Source: Utricularia gibba (taxonomy: Eukaryota; Plantae; Magnoliophyta). Taken from it: a stretch of 64,000 nucleotides of DNA. The notes beneath the pieces were generated by a model. That model was not told the origin of the DNA, did not search any database, and saw only the letters and a program-made list of their open reading frames with translations. This document shows positions 1 through 11,441 of this stretch, in pieces. How positions within the stretch are numbered: position 1 is the stretch's first letter; every line of letters begins with the position of its first letter. The stretch is from NCBI GenBank assembly GCA_002189035.1, contig NEEC01000002.1, forward strand, positions 6,386,001-6,450,000, read 5' to 3'. The translations under genes and the position numbers were made by a program.

Positions 1-134
1 ACAGTACGGAACTTAAGAAAGAGAGGCGGAACGGAAAACGAAGAGTCACTTCGGAATCGGCAATCTTGGGAGGTTGACGGCTTTCCTCCTCCATCGGAGT
101 TATCGAGGCGATGAACGGAGGAGGTGGCCGGTGA

Positions 135-2212
135 CTAAGATGCAACCTTGGCGACGTCCCGGCTGGAGCGATTGTACTTCAAATGGCTTTGAACCAGGTG
201 CCCGGCGGATATGGCGGACATCAGGGAGAGCTCTCCGGCCAACACTGCTCCGGCAACGATTCTTGCGAGGAGTTGGGAATTAGAGCCCGGCGACTCTTTG
301 CTTGCGCCATTGACTCCGAGTATGTTGAGGCAGGCTGATTGGGAGGCCAACTGAGTTCCTCCTCCCACAGTGCCGACCTCGATGCAGGGCATGGTTACAG
401 AGATGTGAAGATCCTTTCCATCGTTGGTACCTTCCATCATGGTGATGCAGTGGGAGCTTTCGATGTTCTGGGCTGGGTCCTGGCCAGTGGCAATGAACAC
501 TGCAGACACGATGTTGGCAGCATGGGCGTTGAACCCACCGAGAGAACCAGCAACGGCGGAGCCAGCCAGATTCTTGAGCATATTGAGTTCAACGAGAGCG
601 GGAACGGATGTTTTCAGTACTTTTGTTACCAAATCTCCGGTGATCACACACTCACAAACTATGGATTTCCCCCGTCCTTCAATCCAGTTTACAGCCGCAG
701 GTTTCTTGTCGGAGCAGAAGTTTCCTACACGAATCCAGATAGAAAACACAGGCTTCAATCAAATAAAGAAAAGCTTGATTGCTGATTCCTAAGCAGAGGA
801 ACGGGCACAGAACATCATGACAAAACACGAAGTCATATCGGGTTCCCATAGAGCCAAAGTCCGTAAGACTTTGTCTGACTCTATGTGAACGCCATAGGTG
901 GCTGTGGAGAATCCCCCCAAAAAAGGTGTGAACTTGAGTGGAGACAGAGGGAACTTACCAGAAATGCCGATGACGTCCATATCTGGGAAGTCGTTTCCAA
1001 GGAAGTCCAAGACATTTTGAACACCCTTGGAAACCATGTTCATACCCATGGCATCTCCAGTACTGCAGCTGAAACGAATGTACAGGTTCTTCCCAGCAAC
1101 AGCACAATGAACACTTTGCAGCTTTGCATATCTACTTGATCTGCAAAAACATTTCTGTGAGTTTTTTGAATGACGGAGAAACTTGAAACTTCAGTCAAAT
1201 TTGCACCACTGTAAAAAAGAGTCAAGGAATGAGGACGGAGGGTGGAGGAATTTTCACACCTGTTGAATACCACGGATAACATGTCGAAATTTAGGGGGTC
1301 TTCAAGGAAGGTTTTCAATTCAATGGATCTTTTGGCTGATGGAAACCTCACGACAGGAGCCCTCGTCATCCCATCTCGAACGAGAACGGATGTTGCGCCG
1401 CCAGATGCGTGAATGGCCTTGCAGCCACGGTTGGTGCTCGCCACCAAGCAACCTTCGGTGGTCGCCATGGGCACATAGTATTCGCATCCGTTCAACAGCA
1501 GAGGTCCAACCATTCCCACCGGAATCTGAACATATCCCACCGGCATCTCGCAGCATTGACCTAAAATGGAGTCATAATCGAATCCGTCAAGAGGAAGCCC
1601 CTCCAAGGACCTCCCCGTCTGTCTCTGGATTGCCTCGCGACGAATCTTTGCGGCCCTAAAACAGTCCCCAAGCTTTGATTCGAGCGAATAGGAAGGGATT
1701 TCACCAGAAACAACTCGATTCACAATGTCCTCGTCTTCCTTGGGAATCTCCATTTCAATTTTCGGAACCGAAATCGCCTTCGGCGGGAGAGGCGGCAACG
1801 GGCAATGGATCTTGCAGGAATCTTCAAGAACCAAGCACCGCTGATCGTCCTCTGCCTCTGTCTCGTGCTTGTATATAATTGACTGAACGAAATCGATTCC
1901 GAAAAAGCCGATAAGATAAATGATCGATGCAAACAGGCAAATCACTCCCCCAACTTCCGACACGGTGACAACATGAAGAGGAATGGAGTTTCGGATTTTC
2001 TCCCTCCAGCGATGCAGCAGAAAGTATGCGACAGAGAAGAACAACGTTAAGAAAACGCTATTCGTAAAATAGAGGGGAAGCGGGAGAGCATCCGAGGGTC
2101 CTGAAGAATGATCCACTGCTCCATCAACCTTCTTCGAACTTGGATTCTTATCGGCAGTGGACCTCCGTCGGACATCCATCTTATCGGCGGCGGACCTCCG
2201 CCGTACATTCAT
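135..2212 (-). CDS. HMGR: 3-hydroxy-3-methylglutaryl-CoA reductase, 3 exons (2212-1260, 1140-959, 724-135), about 574 aa
   Basis: Motifs [31 protein letters not shown] and SHLKYNRSS; two N-terminal hydrophobic segments; GT-AG introns at 1259-1141 and 958-725; spliced length 1725 nt is in frame. Confidence 0.97.
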
Positions 2213-2294
2213 CTCACCAGCGGCGGGCTAACCACCAACTAACATTACCATTTGCAAAGACGAAGGCACGATCACCATGGTGACAGACTCCGGG

Positions 2295-2302
2295 TATTTA
2301 TA
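2295..2302 (-). promoter_or_regulatory. TATA box (TATAAATA) of HMGR
   Basis: Exact TATAAATA on the minus strand about 85 nt upstream of the ATG. Confidence 0.6.
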
Positions 2303-2792
2303 GTGTGGGAGAGGAGCTCACCGTATGTACCGTGCGTCGGCGAACACCCGCTATTTCCTTGTCCCTCCAAATCATATAATATGTTTCATTAAAAATCGTG
2401 GGAAATATACTTTTCAATACACGTTTTTTAATAAAATTGGATGATTTTAAAAAATAATCATTTTTCGATTTTCTCTCATATAATAAGATTAAATATTTTT
2501 ATGACGCACATATCACATAATGATCAATTTCAAAAAGTATGCTTTATTTTGAGTTCCTTATTTAAAATATTATAATAATAATAATTGAAAAAGAGAAATA
2601 TTCACTAAAGTATGAAAGTTTAATTTATGATAAATAATACCAATTTGATATCAATGATGCACAAATGCGAGTCAAATTGAGCGATACACCCATTCATACG
2701 CTGACATTTATGAAATTTACATCAATCTGTATTTAAAACAGAAATTTATGTATTTAAAAAATAAAATTAAAAAATTTAGGAATAAATACTAA

Positions 2793-3074
2793 TATAGTGT
2801 TTGGTAGATGGTTTAATAGTGATTTTATATTTAATATGTGTCTTTGGTAAAAAAAAGATTAATAAATTAAATCTATAGTTTAATTTAATATAAATGAAAA
2901 TCATATAAAAAGTTTTATTAAAAATTGACTGGATGTTATGTTTTATATTAAACAGCATATTTTTTCTTAATTTATCCTTATTTTTTCTTCACTTCTAAAT
3001 AAATATAAAACTACAATTTAAACATTTTTTCATTAAAAATATAACACAGGTAAATCCATCTATCAAACATATCC
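2793..3074. mobile_element. Tourist/PIF-Harbinger-like MITE
   Basis: Imperfect inverted termini GTGTTTGGTAGATGG (2797-2811) and CCATCTATCAAACAT (3056-3070) around an AT-rich non-coding interior. Confidence 0.45.
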
Positions 3075-3814
3075 AAAACCTAAATCTAAAATATATTTTA
3101 TCTTAAATCATATTATCAAAATCTTAAATTAACTACCAGCCACAACCTAAACATTAACAAATAATTTAACATAGATATTCAAGAGCTGATGAGTACCAAA
3201 GTAACAAGTGAGAAATTAATAAAAAAAAAAAGAAGATTGAGCAGAAATAATAGAAGGTGACTACTAAGTGCAAAACAATCTTTTAATTTTTTATTTTTTT
3301 TAAAAAAAGCTTATTGAATATGAATATGCCTTCATTTATTTGTGTGATATAATTAAATTTTCACAACATTTGCTGATGAGTATAAGATACAAAATATACC
3401 ACCTTTGAGAAGAGTACCTCAAGCTCAGGTATTGCTGATGGGAGGCTGATCAATGAGTTGTGTTTTTCATGGGGTTCTTTTCTTTGGAGGCTGGAGTTCA
3501 AGTTCCCCTGTTGCACTTGTCAAGCGAAATCCAAACCACCAAAGACTTGGTCATGAAGCGCAGCCTGAAATTGAAACTTCAATGGAGGAGGAGTTTGTGG
3601 GATGTCAGCTAATGTTGTGAACTGCTTGGATGCATAATAAGAAAAGGACAGAAAACAAGCGAATGGAGTGCCAAGGAGTTGAGATGAAGTGAATCAAAGT
3701 GATGCTGCTGCGGTTGGTAAGGACTGCTACAATTATCCAACTGATTGCAACACCGGCCACCCCCCCTGTCCTCGGTGTGTCATCTGAGTTACAAAGATGA
3801 AGTAGAGTTGTGAT

Positions 3815-4299
3815 CGGTTAAACCGAAACCGACTGGTTCAGAATTGAAGGGTTTTCTCGAACCATCAGTTCATAAACCGTGATTTGTTATAGATTTCAAT
3901 TTTTGTTTTAGTTCAAAACTGGATTTTTATACCTTGAATTGAAACGAAATTGGATGGTATTGATATTTTCATAACGGTTGTTAATAATATTTATAAATAA
4001 TCTTGAAAAATAAAGAATATTTTTTAAACATTCATATAAACGGTTATAGGTGTCTGAAAAACACTATCGTTTATTTAAATATTTTTCTAAACTTCCATAA
4101 TAGCACCATTTTTGTTGTAATGTGAAAACTTGAAAATTAATCTCTATTTTTCAGTAATATTTCTTACATATTTAACGTTTAATGATATGTGGGTGCCTAT
4201 AAGTACATAAATCAACAGTTCATCAATTTAGAACCGTGATTTTCCAATTTCAAATATCTCTAACGTATCCAAAACCATATGATTTCGGTTCTAAAACCG
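3815..4299. mobile_element. Possible degenerate non-autonomous DNA transposon (hAT/MITE-like)
   Basis: AACCG/CGGTT motifs cluster at both ends in roughly inverted arrangement around an AT-rich core; no clear TSD. Confidence 0.25.
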
Positions 4300-6163
4300 G
4301 ACTGTACGGACACTCAGATTTCCAAGGCTCTAAGCTGAAGCATGATTAGTCAGGAGGGTGAGGCGCGCTGTGGAGGGTTAGAGTTTCCGTTCCTCCCAAC
4401 TTGACTTTTGGCTTCCCAGCAGTGCCTTGTGCTGACTGCCGCCGCCACTGCCCGCCAATTCAGAAATACCGCCAGTTCACAAAGATCTGCATCTTCTTGT
4501 CGGGACATGAAAGATCCATCATCATTTTGGACAGTAGCATAGCATCCATAACGGCTCTCTGGTTTGGAAAGTGGTGAGTGCGGCGGCAACCAAGTGGAAG
4601 GACACACGAATAGGGAAAGAAGAAAGCAGCCACGCCCACGCCCACGCCCAGAGTCATCATCCACATTCCAACATTAAGACAGCGCCGGATCAGGTCCCCA
4701 TGATTGGTTATTGTTGAAATTTAGGATAGGATTCATTATTTGTGATTTACGATTTATTATATATTTGATTATATTACTTTCATTTTCTAATGTGTTATTG
4801 TATATTCTAATAATCATCTTTAAATTGAATTAGTCTTTGATCCGATTAAGACTTATTTTTTTTTTGTGTGATTGTAGATAATGTTAAGAGTCTGTCGATT
4901 TAATTTTTGTCCACTAACGCAAGGGCCATGGCTGGTCGACGCGTAGATAACAACTACAAGTCACCAGCATTTAGGTTACGTGAATCCACCCACCCGCTTG
5001 GTTGAATCACCAAGCCCACCAAATGGAAACATCAACGTTGCCGATCGGTTGCCCCGATGAGAATAAAAAATGTTTAATTTATTTAGTTTTACAAAACTGA
5101 AAGTGTTTGATAATATAGCTTCATTCATTATTTGTATTTAAATAAACACAAAATAAAAATAAAAGGAAACATGGAAAAAAAAAAAAACTTAACGAGTGAA
5201 TACCTTGTAATGAGTATTTTGCAAGTGTTTCAAAAATGCGACAATTAAGAGTAAGAGTAGGAACCTAGGGATAATATACCATATTGGTTATTAACGGAGC
5301 ACACAGCATATTTAAATACATAGATATTTTTAATTTTATATGATACATTTTATTTAAAAAATAAAAAAAAACATAAAATTATGAAAATTAAATGTTTAAA
5401 ACGAATAATATTATTTAAAATATAACATAGATACTGATATTTGGTATCATCAATACACGCACACTGAATACTATTGATTTCCAGTGAATTTTAATTCTAC
5501 AAAGACTTGCGAAATAATATGATCAATTAATGAAGAAGTGAACCCTCGGACATGAAAATGGGCCGAGTCAGCAACTGGGTCCACATCATGATCCAGAGAA
5601 CTTGAATTTTTGTATTCGAAGTTTTGAATCCTCTGAATGCACCCCACGTGACTCTGTGGTGGAATGCAGATGGAAGCTTCTAGATGGACGAAACCAGAGT
5701 TGCCTCATCATTATCCCAGTAATTCAAATCTTCAAATTTTTTTCAAAAACCCTGGTGTTTGGTGCACTCTTTTAATTCTTCAAAAAAAAAAAGAAAAAAG
5801 ATATTCACACCCCAATTTCTATTACAAAATTCCTTTTTCTATGTATTTTAAATAAATTTAATAAATGTAAAATAATATTGGGATAATATAAAATTTGGAA
5901 GAATTGGGGCCACGAATCAGCCACGACACACTGAAAAAGAACTTGAGAAACTTGTCTTGTTCTGGGACACACATGATTCAGGGGAACTCGAGAAATGAAC
6001 GTATCAGCCTTATCCTTCACAGGCATGGCATGAGAGAGGGAAGGGAAGGTGGCGCCATTAATGGTGCTCAATCCCCCGTCTTTTAAGTACTCCCTCGTGC
6101 CTGTTTTCACTAGAGGCCAAGGCCCTTTTTGGTGTCTTGCTTTACGAGGAGGCTACAGATCAG

Positions 6164-8327
6164 ATGGCGGATGCGTTCAGCTCCGACTACATCCCTAGGA
6201 GAAACGCCTCTCTGGTTCTCCCCAGACGCCATGTTTCAAGCGCTGAGGATGTAGTCTCCGACCGGGGGTGAGATCCTCGCGGATGTCGACGTCTTCGTTG
6301 AGTGCGCGCGGCCGGTGGGCGGAGGAGGATGGTGGTGAGGGAGAAGGGGGTGGGGAGGTCAAGGCGGAGAAGAGGGGGATTTGGAACTGGAAACCGATCA
6401 GGGCGCTCGCGCACTTGACGATGCAGAAGCTAGGGTGTTTGTTCACCGTCGACGTCATCGCCGTTCAGTCTCTGCCGCCCTCGATGAACGGTTGGCGTCT
6501 CGCTGTTAGTGTGAGGAAGAAGGAGACTAGAGATGGATCTGTGCAGACAATGGCTGCGAGAGTCTCCGATGGAGCTGCTGATTTTGAAGAGACTTTGTTC
6601 GTCAAGTGTAACGTCTACTTCTCCCCGGCGGCGGGTTCAACGTGAAGTTCGAACCACGCCCGTTTCTAATTTACGCCGTCGCGCTTGACTCGCCGGAGCT
6701 CGATTTCGGCCGGGGTTCTGTGGATTTGAGTTCACTGATTCAGGAATCCATAGCTAAAACCTTTGAAGGAACAAGAATCGCGAAATGGGATAAAAAATTC
6801 AATCTCTCTGGCGCAGCTGAAGGAGGAGAGCTCGTTCTGAGACTAGGCTTTCAGTTCATGGAAAGAGATGGGGGATTTCGGATACATACCCAGAAACCGG
6901 CGGCGAAAACTGCTCACAGACATTCGAGAAAATCCTTCAGTTTACCTTTTCGAAGGTTTTCCTTTCAGAAACTTGAGGAAATAGTGGAGGAGAACGACTT
7001 CCCCAGGTACGATATCGCAGATATCGGAGTGGAGGCTGAGGAGAATTATTCCGACAAGGCATCTGTTTCCAGTGAAGTTGTTAAGGAAGTTGTCAGAGAC
7101 CAGTTCTATGCATCTGAACTTGACTCCATCGCTATGCAGATCAAAGCTCTGAAGACTGTAGTGGGGACCTCAGATGAAAACAGATCTCCATCGCCCACAC
7201 TGGATGCAGATGAAGATAAGGTGACCAGAAGGTTTCTTAAGCTCCTTGAAGATGTGAAGACACTTGCAGTAAACGAAGAAGAAGAACATGAGGTAAAGTC
7301 ACCGAAGAAGGAAGAGGATAAAGGTGGCTTTTTTGTGCCTGATTTGGGAAAAGGATTGGGATGCGTTGTTCAGACAAGAAACGGAGGTTTCTTGGTGGCT
7401 ATGAATCCGTTTGGAACTCCGGTGGAGGGACAAGATAACACAAGACTGGCAATGCAGTTGTCTAAGCCGCTGGTGATTCAATCGGAAAATGCCTCTGGTT
7501 TACAGATTTTCCGGCAAATGGTGAAACTTGGGCTGGAGCAATTCACAGCTGAGATATTGAACACGATGCCTGTTGATGAGCTGGTTGGGAAAACAGCGGA
7601 TCAAGTGGCGTTTGAAGGCATTGCGTCGGCAATCATCGCCGGAAGGAACAAGGAAGGAGCGAGCTCAAGCGCCGCACGCACCATCGACGCCGTGAGATCG
7701 ATGGCAACCGCGATGAACGCCGCCCGGAAACAGGGAACCGCAACTGGGATTTTGAATCCCGACGAGATTTTACCGTTTGCGGTGCAGATAATCGAGACCA
7801 TGGCGGTGAATTCCCTGAAAATCCAAGCGGAAACCGCGGAAACAGAAGCTCCATCGATCGATTCCTCAGATTCGATTTCCGATCATCGCCCCTTTTCCGC
7901 AACCACACTGGAAGATTGGATCAAAGAGAACGATTTTTCCTCAAACGCGATAACAATCGCGGCGGTGATCCGGCTCCGCGACCCAATGAGGGAGTACGAG
8001 GCTATCGGGGACCGATGATCCTGGTAGTTGAGGCCGCTGCCGCCGGCGAAGGCGAACCAGATGAAGAGAGGAAATATAAACTGGTGGGTGTCGAATTGGG
8101 GGAGTGAAGATACGGAGTTCAGAGATTAAAAGCTCGTGGGACGGCGAGAAGGAGAAGCTGACGGCGTTGCAGTGGCTGGTAGCCAACGGGTTAGTGAAAA
8201 CCGGGAGGAGAGGGAAACGGCCGCCGGCGGCCAAAAGGAACGACATCTTTTGGAGCATGGCGGCGCGTGTAGCGGGGACGCATGGCAGAAGCCGAACAGA
8301 GACGGCGATATTATCTTCACCCACTGA
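6164..8327 (+). CDS. PMI1: PLASTID MOVEMENT IMPAIRED 1 homolog (NT-C2 domain), intronless, with five apparent -1 frameshifts
   Basis: Pieces in successive frames match PMI1: KRGIWNWKPIRAL, RKKETRDGSVQTM, DFEETLF, ELDSIAMQIKAL, DLGKGLGCVVQTRNGG, AFEGIASAII, RLRDPMREYEAIG, KLTALQWLV and DAWQKPNRD. Confidence 0.9.
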
Positions 8328-8423
8328 AACATGAACTGAATTCCACCCAACTCCGTTTGTTTATCTGGAGGCGCGTAGCTTGGCATCGGCTTCTTCTGCT
8401 TTCGCATAATTGATAATTAATAC

Positions 8424-8453
8424 AATTAAGAAAATTAAGAAAATTAAGAAAAT
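8424..8453 (+). repeat. (AATTAAGAA)3 short tandem repeat
   Basis: Three direct 9-bp copies in the PMI1-DUF2358 spacer. Confidence 0.8.
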
Positions 8454-8551
8454 CTGTTTAATTAATTGCACAATTAAGAAGGCATTAGAGAACCGCATCG
8501 TATACTCATCTGGATATTCCCCGCTCCTCAGAATCCTTACATCGGCTGAAA

Positions 8552-9202
8552 ATGCAGGGGATCTCCAGCAACACGTGGCGGCATCTGCCGCCGCAGCTCT
8601 TCGACGCTCGTCCTCGAAGAATCAGTCGCCTCCGGCGCTGCTCCGCGTCGTCCCCCGAAACACGAACGCCGATTCTACTGAAGATCGCCGTCGGAGGCGC
8701 GACGCAGCTCCTCGAAGTGTTCTCACGCGGCGCTCAAAGAAGCCAACCTCAAGAACTGGAGTACGAAGCCAAAAGTGTGGACGACGTGGTTTCGATCATC
8801 AGATCCGATTACGATAGAAATTACTTCGTCACCGGCCAATTCACAAGCTCAATCTACGCAGCCGACTGCAAATTCGTAGATCCGACGATCGAGTTTCGAG
8901 GTAGGGAAATATACAGCCGAAATCTAGGTTTTCACGTGCCTTTTCTGGAGAATCCATCGATTGAGTTGAGAACACTGGACAAGAAGAGTGATTCGAACGG
9001 TGAATTCATCGTTGCTTCCTGGAGGTTAATCACCTGCATCAGATTTCCTTGGAAACCAGTGGTGCGCGTCGACGGTAGAACAGTATACAAGTTAGATGAA
9101 GGATTCAGAATCGTACGGCACGCCGAGGAATGGGAGATTTCCGCCATCGAAGCTATCGCTCAGCTTTTCAGTCCGGGAACAAGACCCCCTCCCCAGGCGT
9201 AG
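8552..9202 (+). CDS. DUF2358 / NTF2-like (SnoaL-like) protein with probable plastid transit peptide, 216 aa, single exon
   Basis: Uninterrupted ORF with IRSDYDRNYFVTG, YAADCKFVDPTIEFRG, FPWKPVVRVDGRTVY and RIVRHAEEWEISA; Ser/Arg-rich N-terminus. Confidence 0.88.
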   Translation: MQGISSNTWRHLPPQLFDARPRRISRLRRCSASSPETRTPILLKIAVGGATQLLEVFSRGAQRSQPQELEYEAKSVDDVVSIIRSDYDRNYFVTGQFTSSIYAADCKFVDPTIEFRGREIYSRNLGFHVPFLENPSIELRTLDKKSDSNGEFIVASWRLITCIRFPWKPVVRVDGRTVYKLDEGFRIVRHAEEWEISAIEAIAQLFSPGTRPPPQA

Positions 9203-9681
9203 CTCCCGGTAAATGGATCAGGCCGATGGCGGAAGTTTCACTTGGGCCCAATACAAAAGCCCATCATTTTGGAGCCACGGCCCATAAAATACCCTTTCAG
9301 TGACACACACAATTGAACAAAAATCGAAAAATGTACTAATTTTTATAAAAGGATAGTTGGTGCTTCATTATCCTATTCGGAAATTAGGAGTTCAAATCGG
9401 CTGCTATTTCAGCATCAACATCCCCACCGGAATGGGACGCCGTGGCGGTCGTAAAGTCTTTTCAATTTTGGCAAATGCATCGCATCATGGTGGAGTATTC
9501 GCAAGAATTGAAATATCTACATTTGTAAAATACGCAAAATGATACCACGAATCCCAATCCCGGTGCCCTAATAGGCATGATTAACAGCAAGCACCACGAC
9601 TAACGGAAATACGACGGGACGACGGGGCGGCGACTTGCGCAACCACTCTACTTGCCATCTCCGGCTCAAACAAGATCAATT

Positions 9682-10080
9682 TTAGTGGAGGAGTGGGCGG
9701 GAATCCGTAGAAATCCGCAATTCGCTTCTGATCCCCAATCGGCACATCCTCTGCAACTCCTTGATTCCTGTAGCCTCCGTGCGATCGAGATGCCGGATGA
9801 GTTCAGCGAAAGAATCCTCGTCGCAGGGGATCGCCAGAGGGCCGGAATTCGTGAATCCGTACTCCTCTTCCGCTTTATCGAGTAGCTTCGCGAAAAGAGG
9901 ATGATTCAAGTACGTTGCCCGCACTACGAATCTCCGCCGGCTGGATCCGACAGCCACCACGATATGCCCCGGCGGGACCCCCGGAGGTGCATGGGAGGCA
10001 GACGCAGCCGATTTCTTTCTCCACCGGAGCATAACCTGCCGGAGACGGACGATGCGTCGAACGTTTCCGCACGGAGACAT
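9682..10080 (-). CDS. SAUR: Small auxin-up RNA protein (SAUR49/52/53/69-like clade)
   Basis: VRRIVRLRQVMLRWR, VPPGHIVVAVG, RRFVVRATYLNHPLF, AEEEYGF and PLAIPCDE; intronless; TATATAA at about 10128-10134 on the minus strand. Confidence 0.95.
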   Translation of the reverse strand: MSPCGNVRRIVRLRQVMLRWRKKSAASASHAPPGVPPGHIVVAVGSSRRRFVVRATYLNHPLFAKLLDKAEEEYGFTNSGPLAIPCDEDSFAELIRHLDRTEATGIKELQRMCRLGIRSELRISTDSRPLLH

Positions 10081-11313
10081 TTTGCGAGTCAAGGGATCGT
10101 CGCAAAAAACGTGGGTTAGTCGGGGGGTTATATACGGCGATGATTGTTAGTGAAGGGTAATTTCGTCTTTCCCCGTTTCATTTTCGAATGAGCCGCCGAA
10201 AAAGGCTACATTTCGTTTTGCTCTTTTATTAATTTATAAGGACTTTGTCTGAAAAGGACATTGCTTCTGGACGCAGCACCCACAGTCAAGTTTGGCAGAA
10301 CATCCCTAACATCAACATAAATAAAATTAATAATAAAAACGATCAATTTATTCACATGTTACAAGATGATCAGATTTTTGAGTTGGATCGTGCGTGCGGT
10401 TCCATCCACTAGTTTCATCCTACCAGGAGTAGAGAAAACATCAAACAAGCATGAAAATGTGTCATTCCTGAAGCCTGCATACACTTGGCAACATCCATGA
10501 AATGGTTTTGAAAACAACGGGAAGATGCACATGGGAGGCACAGGTATCATTGCTTTCCAGAGCCAGGTCACATGACATGTTCATCCCTCCAAAACCAGGC
10601 CACATAGCAAGCAGGTTTATGTTCATTTGAGGAAAATGTAAAACCATGAGATAATACGAGGAGTCATAACCCACTGCCTAGTCAAAGGAAAAGAGATTTT
10701 GTGGGCAGCCTGATCATGCATGAACAGCAACAATGATTGCTACATGTGGTTCCAGCATGAAAATCCGACAAGGGCATTCGTGCTTTCGGCTCTCCAACAT
10801 TATGTATAAAGCATGGACTTCAACCAATGACAAGGGTCCCCACAGCATGTGCAGATGACAAACATAAAACACCAATGTTTGGAAGGACAAACTAGCAGAC
10901 ATATACGATCATGGTATGATTTCAAAAGAAAAGAAAAGAAAGGAAGAGAGGGCATAGCATAGTGGATACCTTACCACCATCAATAGCGTCAATCCAAGCC
11001 AACCGTCTACCACATCATCATAAAAGGCATTGTCAACATTCGATGTAGGATGCGTATTACAGAAATGTATGGTGAATAAATACTAGTAAGAAGTTAAAAG
11101 CAGATTCTAGAACAGTTACACTGAATAGATTTGGTAATAATTTTTTGAAAGGGTAGTAAATACAGATCCACCAAACGGGCAGCAGCTGCAAATGAAAATA
11201 CGAAACGGAGCCACCACAAGGAGGTTCCCTACTGGAATCAAAACTTATGAAATTCAACCATTTTGAACTATATAAATCAGTAACGATCAAGAAAAATGTG
11301 GTGCTGCCGCATC

Positions 11314-11441
11314 GCACCTCAGTCCTGCACTCCTCTCCTTTTGACTGAATTCTTGTTCTTTGACTTTGTGAGATGCAAATGTATGGCACCTCAGTCCTGC
11401 ACTCTTTTCCTTTTGACTGAATCCTTGTTCTCTGACTTTTC
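11314..11441. repeat. About 55-bp direct duplication (period 72 bp) covering the RPA43-like C-terminus and stop codon
   Basis: GCACCTCAGTCCTGCACTC...TTTTGACTGAAT...TGACTTT occurs at 11314 and 11386. Confidence 0.85.

Noticed and set aside
3421-3429. AAGCTCAGG, resembling the start of miR390
   Set aside because: Only the first 9 nt match, and there is no matching star arm or hairpin.
6164-8327. Programmed ribosomal frameshifting in PMI1
   Set aside because: Five shifts with no X XXY YYZ slippery heptamers, and the same -1 homopolymer pattern appears in five other genes; sequencing error is far more parsimonious.
7941-8817. Overlapping 90-135 aa ORFs on both strands around the PMI1 end and DUF2358 start
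   Set aside because: These are GC-rich shadow frames of real genes with no family motifs.
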